Shown piece after piece: positions 1-8,742 of a stretch of 42,610 bases of DNA. This DNA is from a virus. Taxonomy: Duplodnaviria; Caudoviricetes. A program made the position numbers and the translations under genes. The DNA is taken from IMG/VR virus record IMGVR_UViG_3300020042_004769, positions 1 through 42,610 of that record; one strand, 5' to 3'. Position 1 is the stretch's first letter. Every line of letters starts with the position of its first letter. The notes beneath the pieces were generated by a model. That model did no database searches. It was not told the DNA's origin and worked only from the letters and a program-made list of their open reading frames with translations.

Positions 1-2
1 AC

Positions 3-233
3 CGCTGGAAGGCTGACATGGCCTCGGATTCGTGGCTGTCTAAAAATGTGCGCCCAATGACCTTGGTGTATATCCTGACCGCTTACCTCACACTGGCTAT
101 TCTGGATGGCTTCGGCTTTAAGATTTCCGAGTCTTACGTTACGCTGCTTGGGCAGTGGGGCATGCTCGTAATGGGTGCGTACTTTGGCGGCAGAACGCTT
201 GAGAAATTAGCCGACATGAAAGGTAAAAAATGA
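3..233 (+). CDS. Holin (3TM-type), 5'-truncated by window edge
   Basis: Frame is open from position 3 (RWKAD-MASDSWLSKNVRP). Two hydrophobic helices, YFGGR-x-x-EK and a basic C-terminus; overlaps the endolysin start. Confidence 0.8.
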   Translation, partial: RWKADMASDSWLSKNVRPMTLVYILTAYLTLAILDGFGFKISESYVTLLGQWGMLVMGAYFGGRTLEKLADMKGKK

Positions 234-667
234 CACACCTAAGTAAACACTTTACCCTTGACGAACTCACCGTCACCGACCACAGAGAGTTTGACAACAG
301 CCCTACACAAGAGGAAATCAGCAACCTGCAACGCTTGGCGCAACTGCTGGAGCAGGTCAAGGAAACCCTTGGCGGCAAGCCTGTAATGATTAACTCTGCC
401 TTCCGCAGTAAGCAGGTCAATGATGCAGTTGGAAGTTCTGACAAGTCTCAGCATCGTAAGGGGTGCGCGGCTGACCTCCGAGTACCGGGAGTTACCCCTG
501 ATGAGGTAGTCCGTGCTGTGATTGCTGCGGGTTTACCCTATGACCAGATCATCCGTGAGTTTGACCGTTGGACACACATCAGCATCCCAAACACAGAAGA
601 TGCAGAACCAAGAGGGGTTGCGCTTATCATTGACAAGGAAACCCCTCGAGGTAGGCCTTTTGCATAA
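230..667 (+). CDS. Endolysin, peptidase M15A family (Zn)
   Basis: LSKHFTLDEL start, SAFRS, SQHRKGCAAD (H-x6-D) and WTHIS motifs; follows the holin. Confidence 0.88.
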   Translation: MTHLSKHFTLDELTVTDHREFDNSPTQEEISNLQRLAQLLEQVKETLGGKPVMINSAFRSKQVNDAVGSSDKSQHRKGCAADLRVPGVTPDEVVRAVIAAGLPYDQIIREFDRWTHISIPNTEDAEPRGVALIIDKETPRGRPFA

Positions 668-676
668 GGAAGAATA

Positions 677-1330
677 ATGCCACAAGCAATGACCTTTACG
701 TCGCTGCAAAACGACGTCCGCAGCTACCTGGAACGTGGGGCGTCTGCCGTCACGGACCCATTGGTCTATGCTCAGATCCCAAGCCTGATCAACTTTGCAG
801 AACGCCGCATCAGCCGCGATCTTAAGATTCAAGGCTTTCAAGTGGCCGTTGTGACAAACCTGCAAGCTGGCGTTGCCGTACTTGCCAAACCAGACCGTTG
901 GCGCGAGACTATCTCGATGAACATCGGAACCAGTACGGGCGGCAATACGCGCGTCCAGCTGTTCTCAAGGGCCTACGAGTATGTTAGAAGCTACTGGCCC
1001 AACGACACCCTGACCGACGAACCGGTGTTCTACGCCGACTACAACTACACCAACTGGATCATTGCCCCGACGCCTGATTCTACCTATCCAATTGAGATCT
1101 TGTACTACGAGTTGCCCGTCTTGTTAGACGACAACACCCAGACCAACTGGCTGACCCAATACGCCCCCAACTTGTTGTTGTATGCGACCCTGTTGGAAGC
1201 AGCCCCATTCTTGAAAAACGACGAACGAATCCCAGTCTGGCAAGCCATGTACCAATCAGCCGCGCAAGCACTGCAAGGGGAAGACATGAGCAAGATCTTA
1301 GACCGTGGTGCCGTAAGAAACGAGGCCTAA
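677..1330 (+). CDS. Putative head-tail adaptor protein
   Basis: 217 aa; IPSLINFAERRISRDL, APTPD, TNWL...PNLLLYATLLEA pattern of podovirus adaptors; position before tail genes. Confidence 0.65.
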   Translation: MPQAMTFTSLQNDVRSYLERGASAVTDPLVYAQIPSLINFAERRISRDLKIQGFQVAVVTNLQAGVAVLAKPDRWRETISMNIGTSTGGNTRVQLFSRAYEYVRSYWPNDTLTDEPVFYADYNYTNWIIAPTPDSTYPIEILYYELPVLLDDNTQTNWLTQYAPNLLLYATLLEAAPFLKNDERIPVWQAMYQSAAQALQGEDMSKILDRGAVRNEA

Positions 1331-1331
1331 T

Positions 1332-2522
1332 ATGACCACCTACACTAACATCTTTGGCGGAAGCAATATCTCCCCCGCTGAGATCAGCTACGCGACTGTC
1401 AGCCTTACGGCCAACACAACTTTTGATTGGGCACTTGAGACAGCGCCTTCGACAAACCTGATTGCCGGCATCATGGACGTCACGGCAACGGCAGGTCCTT
1501 GGAGTCTGACCTTGCCAAGTGCCCTGGAAGCATCAACTGGGCAAGCCATCCTGTTTAACAACGTCGGGGCCAATTCCTTTATCATTAGGAACGCGGCCGG
1601 GACGCAGGTAGCCGCTCCCACAGCAGGCCAAGTCTGGCAGATCTACCTGACCGACAATACGACAGCAGGCGGTACCTGGTTGGCATTCCAGTTTGGAGCT
1701 GCCGTCTCAACGGCAAATGCTGCTTCCTTGGCCGGGACAGGTCTAGTTGCCATTGGCTCCCTCTTGTCCTTGGCAATGCCCGTCACGTTCTTTGGAAGCA
1801 ACTATACGGCTGGGACCGATGATCGCGCTAAGACCTTCATTTGGAATGGTGGCGCGGGTACTCTCACATCAGCCGCAGCCGGAACCCTTGGAAACAACTG
1901 GTTTATCCAGCTTCGCAACGAAGGCACAGGGGCCCTTTTAGTAGATCCTCCAGGTTCCCAAACAATCAATGGCTCCTCTACTATAAGCTTCCAGCCTGGC
2001 GATTCTGCCATTATCTTTACGGATGGCAGCAACTTTTACACTCTTGGGTACGGCCAATCGCCCGTCTTTGCGTTTGACTATACGTCCATCAACGTAGCAG
2101 GAACCGGCAACTACACCTTGTCCGGCAGCGAACTAAACCGCATTGCCTACAACTTTACGGGCGTCTTGACAGGCAATCGCAACGTCATTGTGCCCCAAAC
2201 AGTCCAGCAATACTGGGTGGCCAACAACACGACGGGGCCTTATACTCTTACCGTTAAGACATCAGTTGCAGCTGGAGCTGTTGTCAACCAAGGCTCACGA
2301 GCCATCTTGTATTCTGATGGCACCAATGTTGTGGCGGCTGATACCGGCGGCGTGGCTGTTCCCATCAGTATCTCTGACGGTGGTACTGGAGCCACTACTG
2401 CAGGAAACGCCTTGATCAACCTAGGCGGAACCTCAACAGGTATTGCTCTTTTTACTGCAGTCTCTCAAGCCACCGCACAAGTGGCCATTGGCCTTGATCC
2501 AATCCAGGGTGGAACTTACTGA
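1332..2522 (+). CDS. Putative tail fibre / structural protein
   Basis: 396 aa, G/T/A/N-rich, beta-strand-like repeats, ISDGGTGATTA motif, ends IQGGTY. Confidence 0.6.
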   Translation: MTTYTNIFGGSNISPAEISYATVSLTANTTFDWALETAPSTNLIAGIMDVTATAGPWSLTLPSALEASTGQAILFNNVGANSFIIRNAAGTQVAAPTAGQVWQIYLTDNTTAGGTWLAFQFGAAVSTANAASLAGTGLVAIGSLLSLAMPVTFFGSNYTAGTDDRAKTFIWNGGAGTLTSAAAGTLGNNWFIQLRNEGTGALLVDPPGSQTINGSSTISFQPGDSAIIFTDGSNFYTLGYGQSPVFAFDYTSINVAGTGNYTLSGSELNRIAYNFTGVLTGNRNVIVPQTVQQYWVANNTTGPYTLTVKTSVAAGAVVNQGSRAILYSDGTNVVAADTGGVAVPISISDGGTGATTAGNALINLGGTSTGIALFTAVSQATAQVAIGLDPIQGGTY

Positions 2523-4168
2523 TGGCAACAACTCCAATCGTCCTTAAGTCGCTGCCTGGCATTAAGCGCGACGGCACCAGGTACGAGGGCGACTACTACG
2601 TCGACGGTCAATGGGTCCGTTGGCAACGTGGCCTTCCCCGTAAGATTGGAGGATATACAGTCATCAACCGCTACTTGACTGAAGTCAGCCGCGGAGTTAA
2701 GACGTTTACAGAGAATGGCTTGACTTATTTCCATTCCGGAAGCGCAAGCTTTGTTGAGCGTTTTACCATCGATGGCAGCGGCAATACAAGCCTGATTGCT
2801 GACCGTACTCCAATCACGTACGCGGTCAGTGACGACAATCTTTGGCAATTTGACGTGATCTATGACAGCCAATCTATCCCTGCTGCCAACATGATCGTGG
2901 CCCAAGTGGCCCCAAATGCGGGCTGTCTTTGCAATACCGACGGAGGCCAGATCTTTATTGGCTCTATGACGGGGACCGATCGCCTGACTGAAGTCACAAC
3001 GTTTCCGGCTGGAGTAAGCGCCACTGGGGGTGTGGTCTCCCTGCACCCCTATCTGATGTACTTTGGAAACGACGGCGTCATTGGATGGTCGGTGGCCGGG
3101 GCCCCTACGGACTTGACGGGTTCAGGCTCAGGGAATGCGCGCGTAGCAGGTCAAAAGATCGTCCGTGGCCTTGCCCTTAGGGGTGGTCCAGGAAACGCGC
3201 CAGCGGGCCTCTTTTGGAGCGCAGACGCTGTTATCCGAGCTTCCTTTGTTGGAGGCACCGAAATCTTTCAGTTTGACACGATCAGCCCGTATTCCAGCAT
3301 CTTGTCTGCTGCTTCTGTCATTGAATACGACGGCCAATACTTCTGGTTGGGAACAGATCGCATGCTGATGTTTAACGGCGTGGTTCGCGAGATCCCCAAC
3401 AACTTAAACATCAACTACTTCTATGACGGCTTAAACAGGGCCGCTGCCCAAAAAGTGTGGGCGTACAAGGTTCCCAGGTACGGCGAGATCTGGTGGTGCT
3501 ACCCACGCGGTGATGCCACAGAGTGCACCCACGCCATCATCTACAACCTCCGTGAGAACACCTGGTATGACACCGAGTTGCCTAATGGTGGACGGACCGC
3601 TGGGGAGTGGTCTCCTTTGTACGCTGCGCCATTTCTATGCGGCCTACAAACGTCCACTTTTGTACCAAACAACCGAGTCACCGAGGCTGGGGACCTTCGG
3701 ATCACGCAAGACGGCGACCAACGCGTCGTGGTCCCTGAAGAAGGTTACAAGGTCTGGCAGCACGAGCATGATGTCAACGAGATCGATGGCCAGTTTATCA
3801 CGGCGGTTCCTTCATTCTTTGAGACAGCCGACATGAGCATGCTGGTCCCTCAAGGCGGATCTAAGAACAAATGGATCCGGGTTGAGGCTATTGAGCCCGA
3901 CTTTGTACAGTCTGAGAATATGACCGTCCAGCTGACAGGGCGGGCCAATGCCAGGGCTCTTGAGGTCCAGGGCCCTGAACGTGTAATCTACGCCACTCCA
4001 ACAGATCCTTACGAGCAGATAGTTTGGTTCAAAGAAGAACGCCGCGAACTGCGGTTTAAGTTTACCTCTAACACCATCAATGGCGACTACCAGATGGGCC
4101 AGATCATCGCGCATGTAGGCGAGGCAGATGGTTCTATGCTCGGCGGTGTTGTAGGAGGTTCCACGTGA
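2522..4168 (+). CDS. Putative tail nozzle / DNA stabilisation protein
   Basis: 548 aa, aromatic beta-rich; PGIKRDGT, VRWQRGLPRKIGG, YGEIWWCYP, IYNLRENTWYD; lies between adaptor/fibre and ejection genes. Confidence 0.65.
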   Translation: MATTPIVLKSLPGIKRDGTRYEGDYYVDGQWVRWQRGLPRKIGGYTVINRYLTEVSRGVKTFTENGLTYFHSGSASFVERFTIDGSGNTSLIADRTPITYAVSDDNLWQFDVIYDSQSIPAANMIVAQVAPNAGCLCNTDGGQIFIGSMTGTDRLTEVTTFPAGVSATGGVVSLHPYLMYFGNDGVIGWSVAGAPTDLTGSGSGNARVAGQKIVRGLALRGGPGNAPAGLFWSADAVIRASFVGGTEIFQFDTISPYSSILSAASVIEYDGQYFWLGTDRMLMFNGVVREIPNNLNINYFYDGLNRAAAQKVWAYKVPRYGEIWWCYPRGDATECTHAIIYNLRENTWYDTELPNGGRTAGEWSPLYAAPFLCGLQTSTFVPNNRVTEAGDLRITQDGDQRVVVPEEGYKVWQHEHDVNEIDGQFITAVPSFFETADMSMLVPQGGSKNKWIRVEAIEPDFVQSENMTVQLTGRANARALEVQGPERVIYATPTDPYEQIVWFKEERRELRFKFTSNTINGDYQMGQIIAHVGEADGSMLGGVVGGST

Positions 4169-4392
4169 TCACGCAGCCCGTTATAATCGGATTGCGCGAC
4201 TGGGCCGATCAGATCGTTATGGACCTGTCAATCTACGGAGCGCTCTCAAGGCTAGACGATGAAGACAAGTGGCAAGAATGGGCACTACAGTTTTGCGTTA
4301 TCTCAGGACTAAGCCAGAAAAACGTTCCTGACCCATTTGACTTTCCTGACTGGCGCAGTTGGGCCCAACGATTTGTACAGATGGTGGACTAA
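4165..4392 (+). CDS. Hypothetical Trp-rich protein
   Basis: 75 aa, GTG start overlapping the upstream stop; its stop overlaps the next ATG. Confidence 0.7.
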   Translation: MITQPVIIGLRDWADQIVMDLSIYGALSRLDDEDKWQEWALQFCVISGLSQKNVPDPFDFPDWRSWAQRFVQMVD

Positions 4393-4682
4393 TGACCGAT
4401 CAAGAATTTATCGAGCTGCTGAATGCCGTAGCCAAAAAAGCCAAACCGTTTAACAACGAACTCGTGCTCATTGACGGCCTGGATATGAACCTCAACGAGA
4501 CAGGCCTAGATAGCTTAGACCTGCTAATATGCGCTATGCAGCTCTGCGAGATCTACGATGTTGAGGAAGAAAAAAGCAAGGAATTGTTCGGGTCAACACC
4601 CCAAGAGCTCCTTAATTTCCTCAAAGAATGGGGTCGTAGACAGCCAAATGACTACGCTGAAGCCAAAGGATTATTGGCATGA
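4392..4682 (+). CDS. Acyl carrier protein-like (phosphopantetheine attachment motif)
   Basis: 96 aa acidic helical protein with ETGLDSLDLL (Ser41, codon 4512-4514), followed by LCEIYDV; TAATG-coupled start at 4392. Confidence 0.8.
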   Translation: MTDQEFIELLNAVAKKAKPFNNELVLIDGLDMNLNETGLDSLDLLICAMQLCEIYDVEEEKSKELFGSTPQELLNFLKEWGRRQPNDYAEAKGLLA

Positions 4683-4813
4683 GAAAGATTCTCATAAAAA
4701 ATCACGCAGTTTATTCTGAGGGTACTCTTAAACTTTGTCAAGTTTCCTCAGAACAAATTAAAATCCTTAAAACTCACGGTGCCAAGACCAAATTAAACAA
4801 CATGGGGAGCTAA
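4679..4813 (+). pseudogene. 44-aa ORF, probable relic of a beta-ketoacyl-ACP synthase (FabB/F-like)
   Basis: MRKILIKNHAVYSEGTLKLCQVSSEQIKILKTHGAKTKLNNMGS*. IKILKTHGAKTKLNN resembles the ketosynthase I-x-x-I-x-x-HGTGT-x-x-ND motif; ATGA-coupled to the ACP gene; AT-rich. Confidence 0.45.
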
Positions 4814-4815
4814 GT

Positions 4816-5271
4816 ATGCCACTCGTAGACAGTCGACAACAAATGCTAGATCTTGGCGAGCTAATTAAAGTAGCTGCTGAGGACACAAAATCCGAGTATC
4901 CGTTGGAATTCGTGTATGCCTCCTTTGTCAAAGAAATACAGATGCCTGGCAGCAAATTTTATCGATATGGCAACACTGTCTATATTGTACACGCGTCGCC
5001 AAAAGATCCTCGCAAAGGCCTATTTAGAGCTTTGAATGCTGATACGCCAGCAAACTTTCTAGCCTCGGCCTACGCTTTTCCAGTTGACGCCTACAAGGCA
5101 GGTTTTGACACGCTGGTCACGCAGTTCAGCAATCAAAGTCTTTTGAATATCTTTAGGCAGGTCATGAAAAATCCACCTAATCCTGGCATGGGCTATAACG
5201 TCTCTATGCTTGCTGATGGACAGTATCAAGTTGCTTTGCAGCTTGGAAATAAACGCGAAGGAGCACAATAA
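4816..5271 (+). CDS. Hypothetical protein, possibly GNAT-like acyltransferase fold
   Basis: 151 aa alpha/beta pattern, immediately before the ejection genes. The fold call is inference only. Confidence 0.55.
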   Translation: MPLVDSRQQMLDLGELIKVAAEDTKSEYPLEFVYASFVKEIQMPGSKFYRYGNTVYIVHASPKDPRKGLFRALNADTPANFLASAYAFPVDAYKAGFDTLVTQFSNQSLLNIFRQVMKNPPNPGMGYNVSMLADGQYQVALQLGNKREGAQ

Positions 5272-7310
5272 TGTCGGCCGTAGTAGAAATTATTGAAGAC
5301 GTTGTTGGCGGCGTCGTTGAAGCCGTTGGAAGCATTGTTGAAGGAATCGGCGACTTAATTAGCGACGTAGGTGTCGCCATTGACAAGTATGTCATTCAGC
5401 CTATCATAAATGATCCAATATCCGCAATTGCTACCGTAGCAGCCGCAACGTTTTTAGGACCCGCAGCCGCCACACTTTTTGGAACATCAGCAACTGTTGG
5501 CGTAGGTATCGCAGCAGGTTTTGGTAACACGGCCGCAGGTCTTGCTCAAGGTGAAGACTTTGAAACTGCAATCAAAGGAGGCCTTGCCGCCGGCTTAGGT
5601 TCTTATGCCGGAGCAGAGCTGTTTGGCGGTGTTGGCGGTGAGGGTTCTGCCGCAACGGACCCACTTGACGACTTTCTAGCCGTAAACAACAATTTTGCTG
5701 ACGTGCCAATGGACTCGCTTGCAGCTGCTCCTTCTGCTGTATCAAGTCCAGTTAGCTCGCCGAACATCACAACGACTGACTTGCCACCAATCGGCGCTCC
5801 CACCACGCTAGATGTATCTGCCCCAACAGCCACAGTACAGCCTTCACCTCTTGAATCAATTGCTCCTTCAGTAGAAGCAACAACGGCTTCAGCGACTCCA
5901 AGCCCACTTGAATCGTTAAATACCCCTGTCCCTCAAGTTAAGGTTCCGGAGTTTCAGCTAGCCAGCTTAGACAAATCTTTTGCGCCTGACTACAGCTTGA
6001 CAGGGGGCATGCAGTCAGGGGCTCCTGGTTTTAATCTCTCTAAGTTTACGCCGGCCGATTCGTTCGACATCTACGGCAATCCTAACTACAGCCTAACACC
6101 TCCAGGAACTCCCAGCGGCCCTGGTATGCAGTTCCAAAGCAGCCCCAACATTGCCGGAATGGGCGGAGGTCAAGGTTTAACTGCCGAAGTAAGCGGACTT
6201 CCTCGGTACATGGAAAACGGCTCCCCCACTACATTTGAGGGGGCAAGCGGAAAGACCTATGGTAATGCAACGCCTGACATGACAATTGGGGCAAGGAGCA
6301 TGACTCCTGTGCCACAGACCCTCCCTTACGACTCTGCTTCCAGCGTGAGTACCCCTAGCCTCTATGATCAAATCTCAGAGGGCAACTTTACAGACGCAGC
6401 TAAAAACATTGGCAACAAAGCCGTTGACTACTATAACAAAGCAAGTCCATGGGAGCTTGCTGGCGTGGGTCTTACTGCGGCTAGCTTGCTTGGCGGATCT
6501 GGCAGTCCTCCTTCTTCTGCGCCTCCTCCAAAAGGTTCTACTCAGGACAAGAACTTTAACAAGTCGCTTGACCTGTATAAGTACATGCGAGACAAGGTCA
6601 ATTATGGTGGCGAGGCTACAAAGTATGGCCAAGTCGGTGAACCAAATGCCGCCGAGCATCAGTTCTTCCAAAATACTCAGTTTGTGCCAATCCCAATTGG
6701 TGCAAAGATGGGCGGCCTTATCCAGATGAAACATTTTGCGCAAGGCGGACAAGCTCAGGGTATGCAAGATCCCCGTAGAGCCCAGATGATGCAGGCAATG
6801 GCGCAACAGCATCCAGCTGGTCAAGGCGGTCCTATGGGCATGGCTCAGGGACGTCCTCCAATGATGCAGGGTGCTCCTCAAAGAATGCCTCAAAGAATGC
6901 CGCAAGGTATGCCTCCACAGGGTGGCCAGCAAGGTATGCCTCAACAAGGTATGCAGCAAGGACGTCCACAGATGCCTCAGCGTCCTCGCGACCCTAAGAT
7001 GGCCTACTACCAATATGGCAATCCTCCTGCCAAAGCAATGGCCATGGGAGGTCTTAACCAAGTGCACAGCATGAGAATTGGTGGAGGTGCAGACGGCCGC
7101 TCTGACGACGTAAATGCTGTCTTGTCGGATGGCGAATATGTATTTGACTCTGAATCAGTAGCAATGCTTGGCAACGGATCTTCTAAAGCAGGGGCTGCCA
7201 AACTTGATCAGATGCGCTCTAAACTGCGTCAACACAAAGGACAGGCCTTAGCCAACGGTAAGATCAGCCCAAATGCTAAGAGTCCGCTAGCTTACTTGAA
7301 GGGAGCTTAA
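5271..7310 (+). CDS. Putative ejection / internal virion protein
   Basis: 679 aa; Gly/Ala hydrophobic N-terminus, P/S/T linker, Q/M/P/G low-complexity tract, C-terminal GRSDDVNAVLSDGEYVF motif. Confidence 0.65.
   Translation: MSAVVEIIEDVVGGVVEAVGSIVEGIGDLISDVGVAIDKYVIQPIINDPISAIATVAAATFLGPAAATLFGTSATVGVGIAAGFGNTAAGLAQGEDFETAIKGGLAAGLGSYAGAELFGGVGGEGSAATDPLDDFLAVNNNFADVPMDSLAAAPSAVSSPVSSPNITTTDLPPIGAPTTLDVSAPTATVQPSPLESIAPSVEATTASATPSPLESLNTPVPQVKVPEFQLASLDKSFAPDYSLTGGMQSGAPGFNLSKFTPADSFDIYGNPNYSLTPPGTPSGPGMQFQSSPNIAGMGGGQGLTAEVSGLPRYMENGSPTTFEGASGKTYGNATPDMTIGARSMTPVPQTLPYDSASSVSTPSLYDQISEGNFTDAAKNIGNKAVDYYNKASPWELAGVGLTAASLLGGSGSPPSSAPPPKGSTQDKNFNKSLDLYKYMRDKVNYGGEATKYGQVGEPNAAEHQFFQNTQFVPIPIGAKMGGLIQMKHFAQGGQAQGMQDPRRAQMMQAMAQQHPAGQGGPMGMAQGRPPMMQGAPQRMPQRMPQGMPPQGGQQGMPQQGMQQGRPQMPQRPRDPKMAYYQYGNPPAKAMAMGGLNQVHSMRIGGGADGRSDDVNAVLSDGEYVFDSESVAMLGNGSSKAGAAKLDQMRSKLRQHKGQALANGKISPNAKSPLAYLKGA
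6876..6911 (+). repeat. 12-bp coding tandem repeat (PQRM PQRM PQGM)
   Basis: cctcaaagaatg cctcaaagaatg ccgcaaggtatg, followed by degenerate caaggtatg units. Confidence 0.7.
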
Positions 7311-7311
7311 T

Positions 7312-8733
7312 ATGGCAGTCACGGACTTTCTGTTCCAAGGGGCTCCACCTGCGTCAGTCACGACGTATGGCGAGACAACTTCAAACGTTCCTGCTTGGTA
7401 TTCTGACTACACGCAGGGCTTGATCAGTCGGGCCAACGCGATTGCAGCAGAGCCCTATCAACCGTACACTCTTGCCAGAATTGCGCCCTTAGACCCCCTT
7501 CAGACGTCAGCCTACGACAAGACCAAGGGATTGTCTGGTGAGTATCAGCCCTTGCTTGACATGTCAGAGAATGCGATCTACAACGCAGGGGCCGGCAGCT
7601 CTGTTGGGGCGGCGTCTCCGTACATCCAGCAAGCTCTCCAATATAATCCAGCCAGCGCTGCTTCTGGAGCCATTGGTCAAGCTGGAAACTTAATAGGCCA
7701 AAGCTACGGCGACGCTAGCGCCCTTGCCCAACCGTACTTCAGCCAGGCAAGTGAATACACCCAGCAAGGAGCTGGCGGCACGGCTCAGTTGGCCGCGCCT
7801 TACATGCAGCAGGCTTCGCAACTTTCAAATCAAGGGGCGCAGACTGGCTTAGGCGGCATACAAGACTACATGAACCCATACACTGACCAAGTGGTCAATC
7901 GTATTGGTGAGTTGGCCGGTCGCAATCTAAAAGAAAACCTGCTTCCTAACATTCAGGACAAGGCTATTCAAGCTGGTACCTTTGGCGGAAGCCGCAGTGG
8001 TGAAGCTATTGGACGGGCTTTGCGTGACAGTCAAGAATCCGCCTTGGCCCAACAGTCCTCTGCCCTTCAACAAGGCTACGGGCAAGCTGGCCAGCAACTT
8101 CAAGCTGATCGCGCTCGCCAACTGCAGGCGGCTCAGCAACAAGCTACCTTTGGTCAACAGACGGCTGGCCTGTCTGCGGCAGATCAACAACGTCTCATGG
8201 CAGCAGGCCAACAGCAGGCGGCCATTGGCCAATCAACTGCTGGCTTGGAAGGCGCCGACCTTGCAAGGTACGGTCAAGCCGGGGCCCAGATGGGAGCTCT
8301 TGGTCAGATGCAGGGAACCTTGGCAGGAGCCGCTGGTACCCAAAACTTGCAAGCCGCTCAGCAAATGGGAACGCTGTCTGGTCAAGACCTTTCTCGCCAG
8401 CTGCAGTCAGGTCAAGCTATGGGAGCCCTTGGCCAACAGACCCAACAGATGGGCATGCAAAATATCAGCGGCCTGGAGGCGGCGGGTGCAACTCAACAGC
8501 AGCAGGCGCAACGCTCTTTAGACACCCTTTACCAAGACTTCCTCAACGGCCGCGAGTACGACCGCAACAACATTGCATTCTTGAACGCATCTGTTCGTGG
8601 CCTGCAAGTGCCTACTTCAACAACTACCGCTTCAACAGGACCGGCAAGCGTCTACCAGCCTTCTCCGCTATCGCAGCTTGGTTCTGCCTTAGCTTCAGGA
8701 TACGGCCTTAGCAAGATGTTCGCAAAAACGTAA
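7312..8733 (+). CDS. Putative DNA ejection / pilot protein
   Basis: 473 aa, Q/A/G-rich helical; YMNPYTDQVV, AGTFGGSR, PSPLSQLGS motifs typical of podovirus DNA transfer proteins. Confidence 0.7.
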   Translation: MAVTDFLFQGAPPASVTTYGETTSNVPAWYSDYTQGLISRANAIAAEPYQPYTLARIAPLDPLQTSAYDKTKGLSGEYQPLLDMSENAIYNAGAGSSVGAASPYIQQALQYNPASAASGAIGQAGNLIGQSYGDASALAQPYFSQASEYTQQGAGGTAQLAAPYMQQASQLSNQGAQTGLGGIQDYMNPYTDQVVNRIGELAGRNLKENLLPNIQDKAIQAGTFGGSRSGEAIGRALRDSQESALAQQSSALQQGYGQAGQQLQADRARQLQAAQQQATFGQQTAGLSAADQQRLMAAGQQQAAIGQSTAGLEGADLARYGQAGAQMGALGQMQGTLAGAAGTQNLQAAQQMGTLSGQDLSRQLQSGQAMGALGQQTQQMGMQNISGLEAAGATQQQQAQRSLDTLYQDFLNGREYDRNNIAFLNASVRGLQVPTSTTTASTGPASVYQPSPLSQLGSALASGYGLSKMFAKT

Positions 8734-8742
8734 GGATAAAAC

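Noticed and set aside
6375-7067. 230-aa minus-strand ORF with LRH repeats
   Set aside because: Antisense shadow of the Q/M/P/G tract in 5271-7310; no RBS or independent motif.
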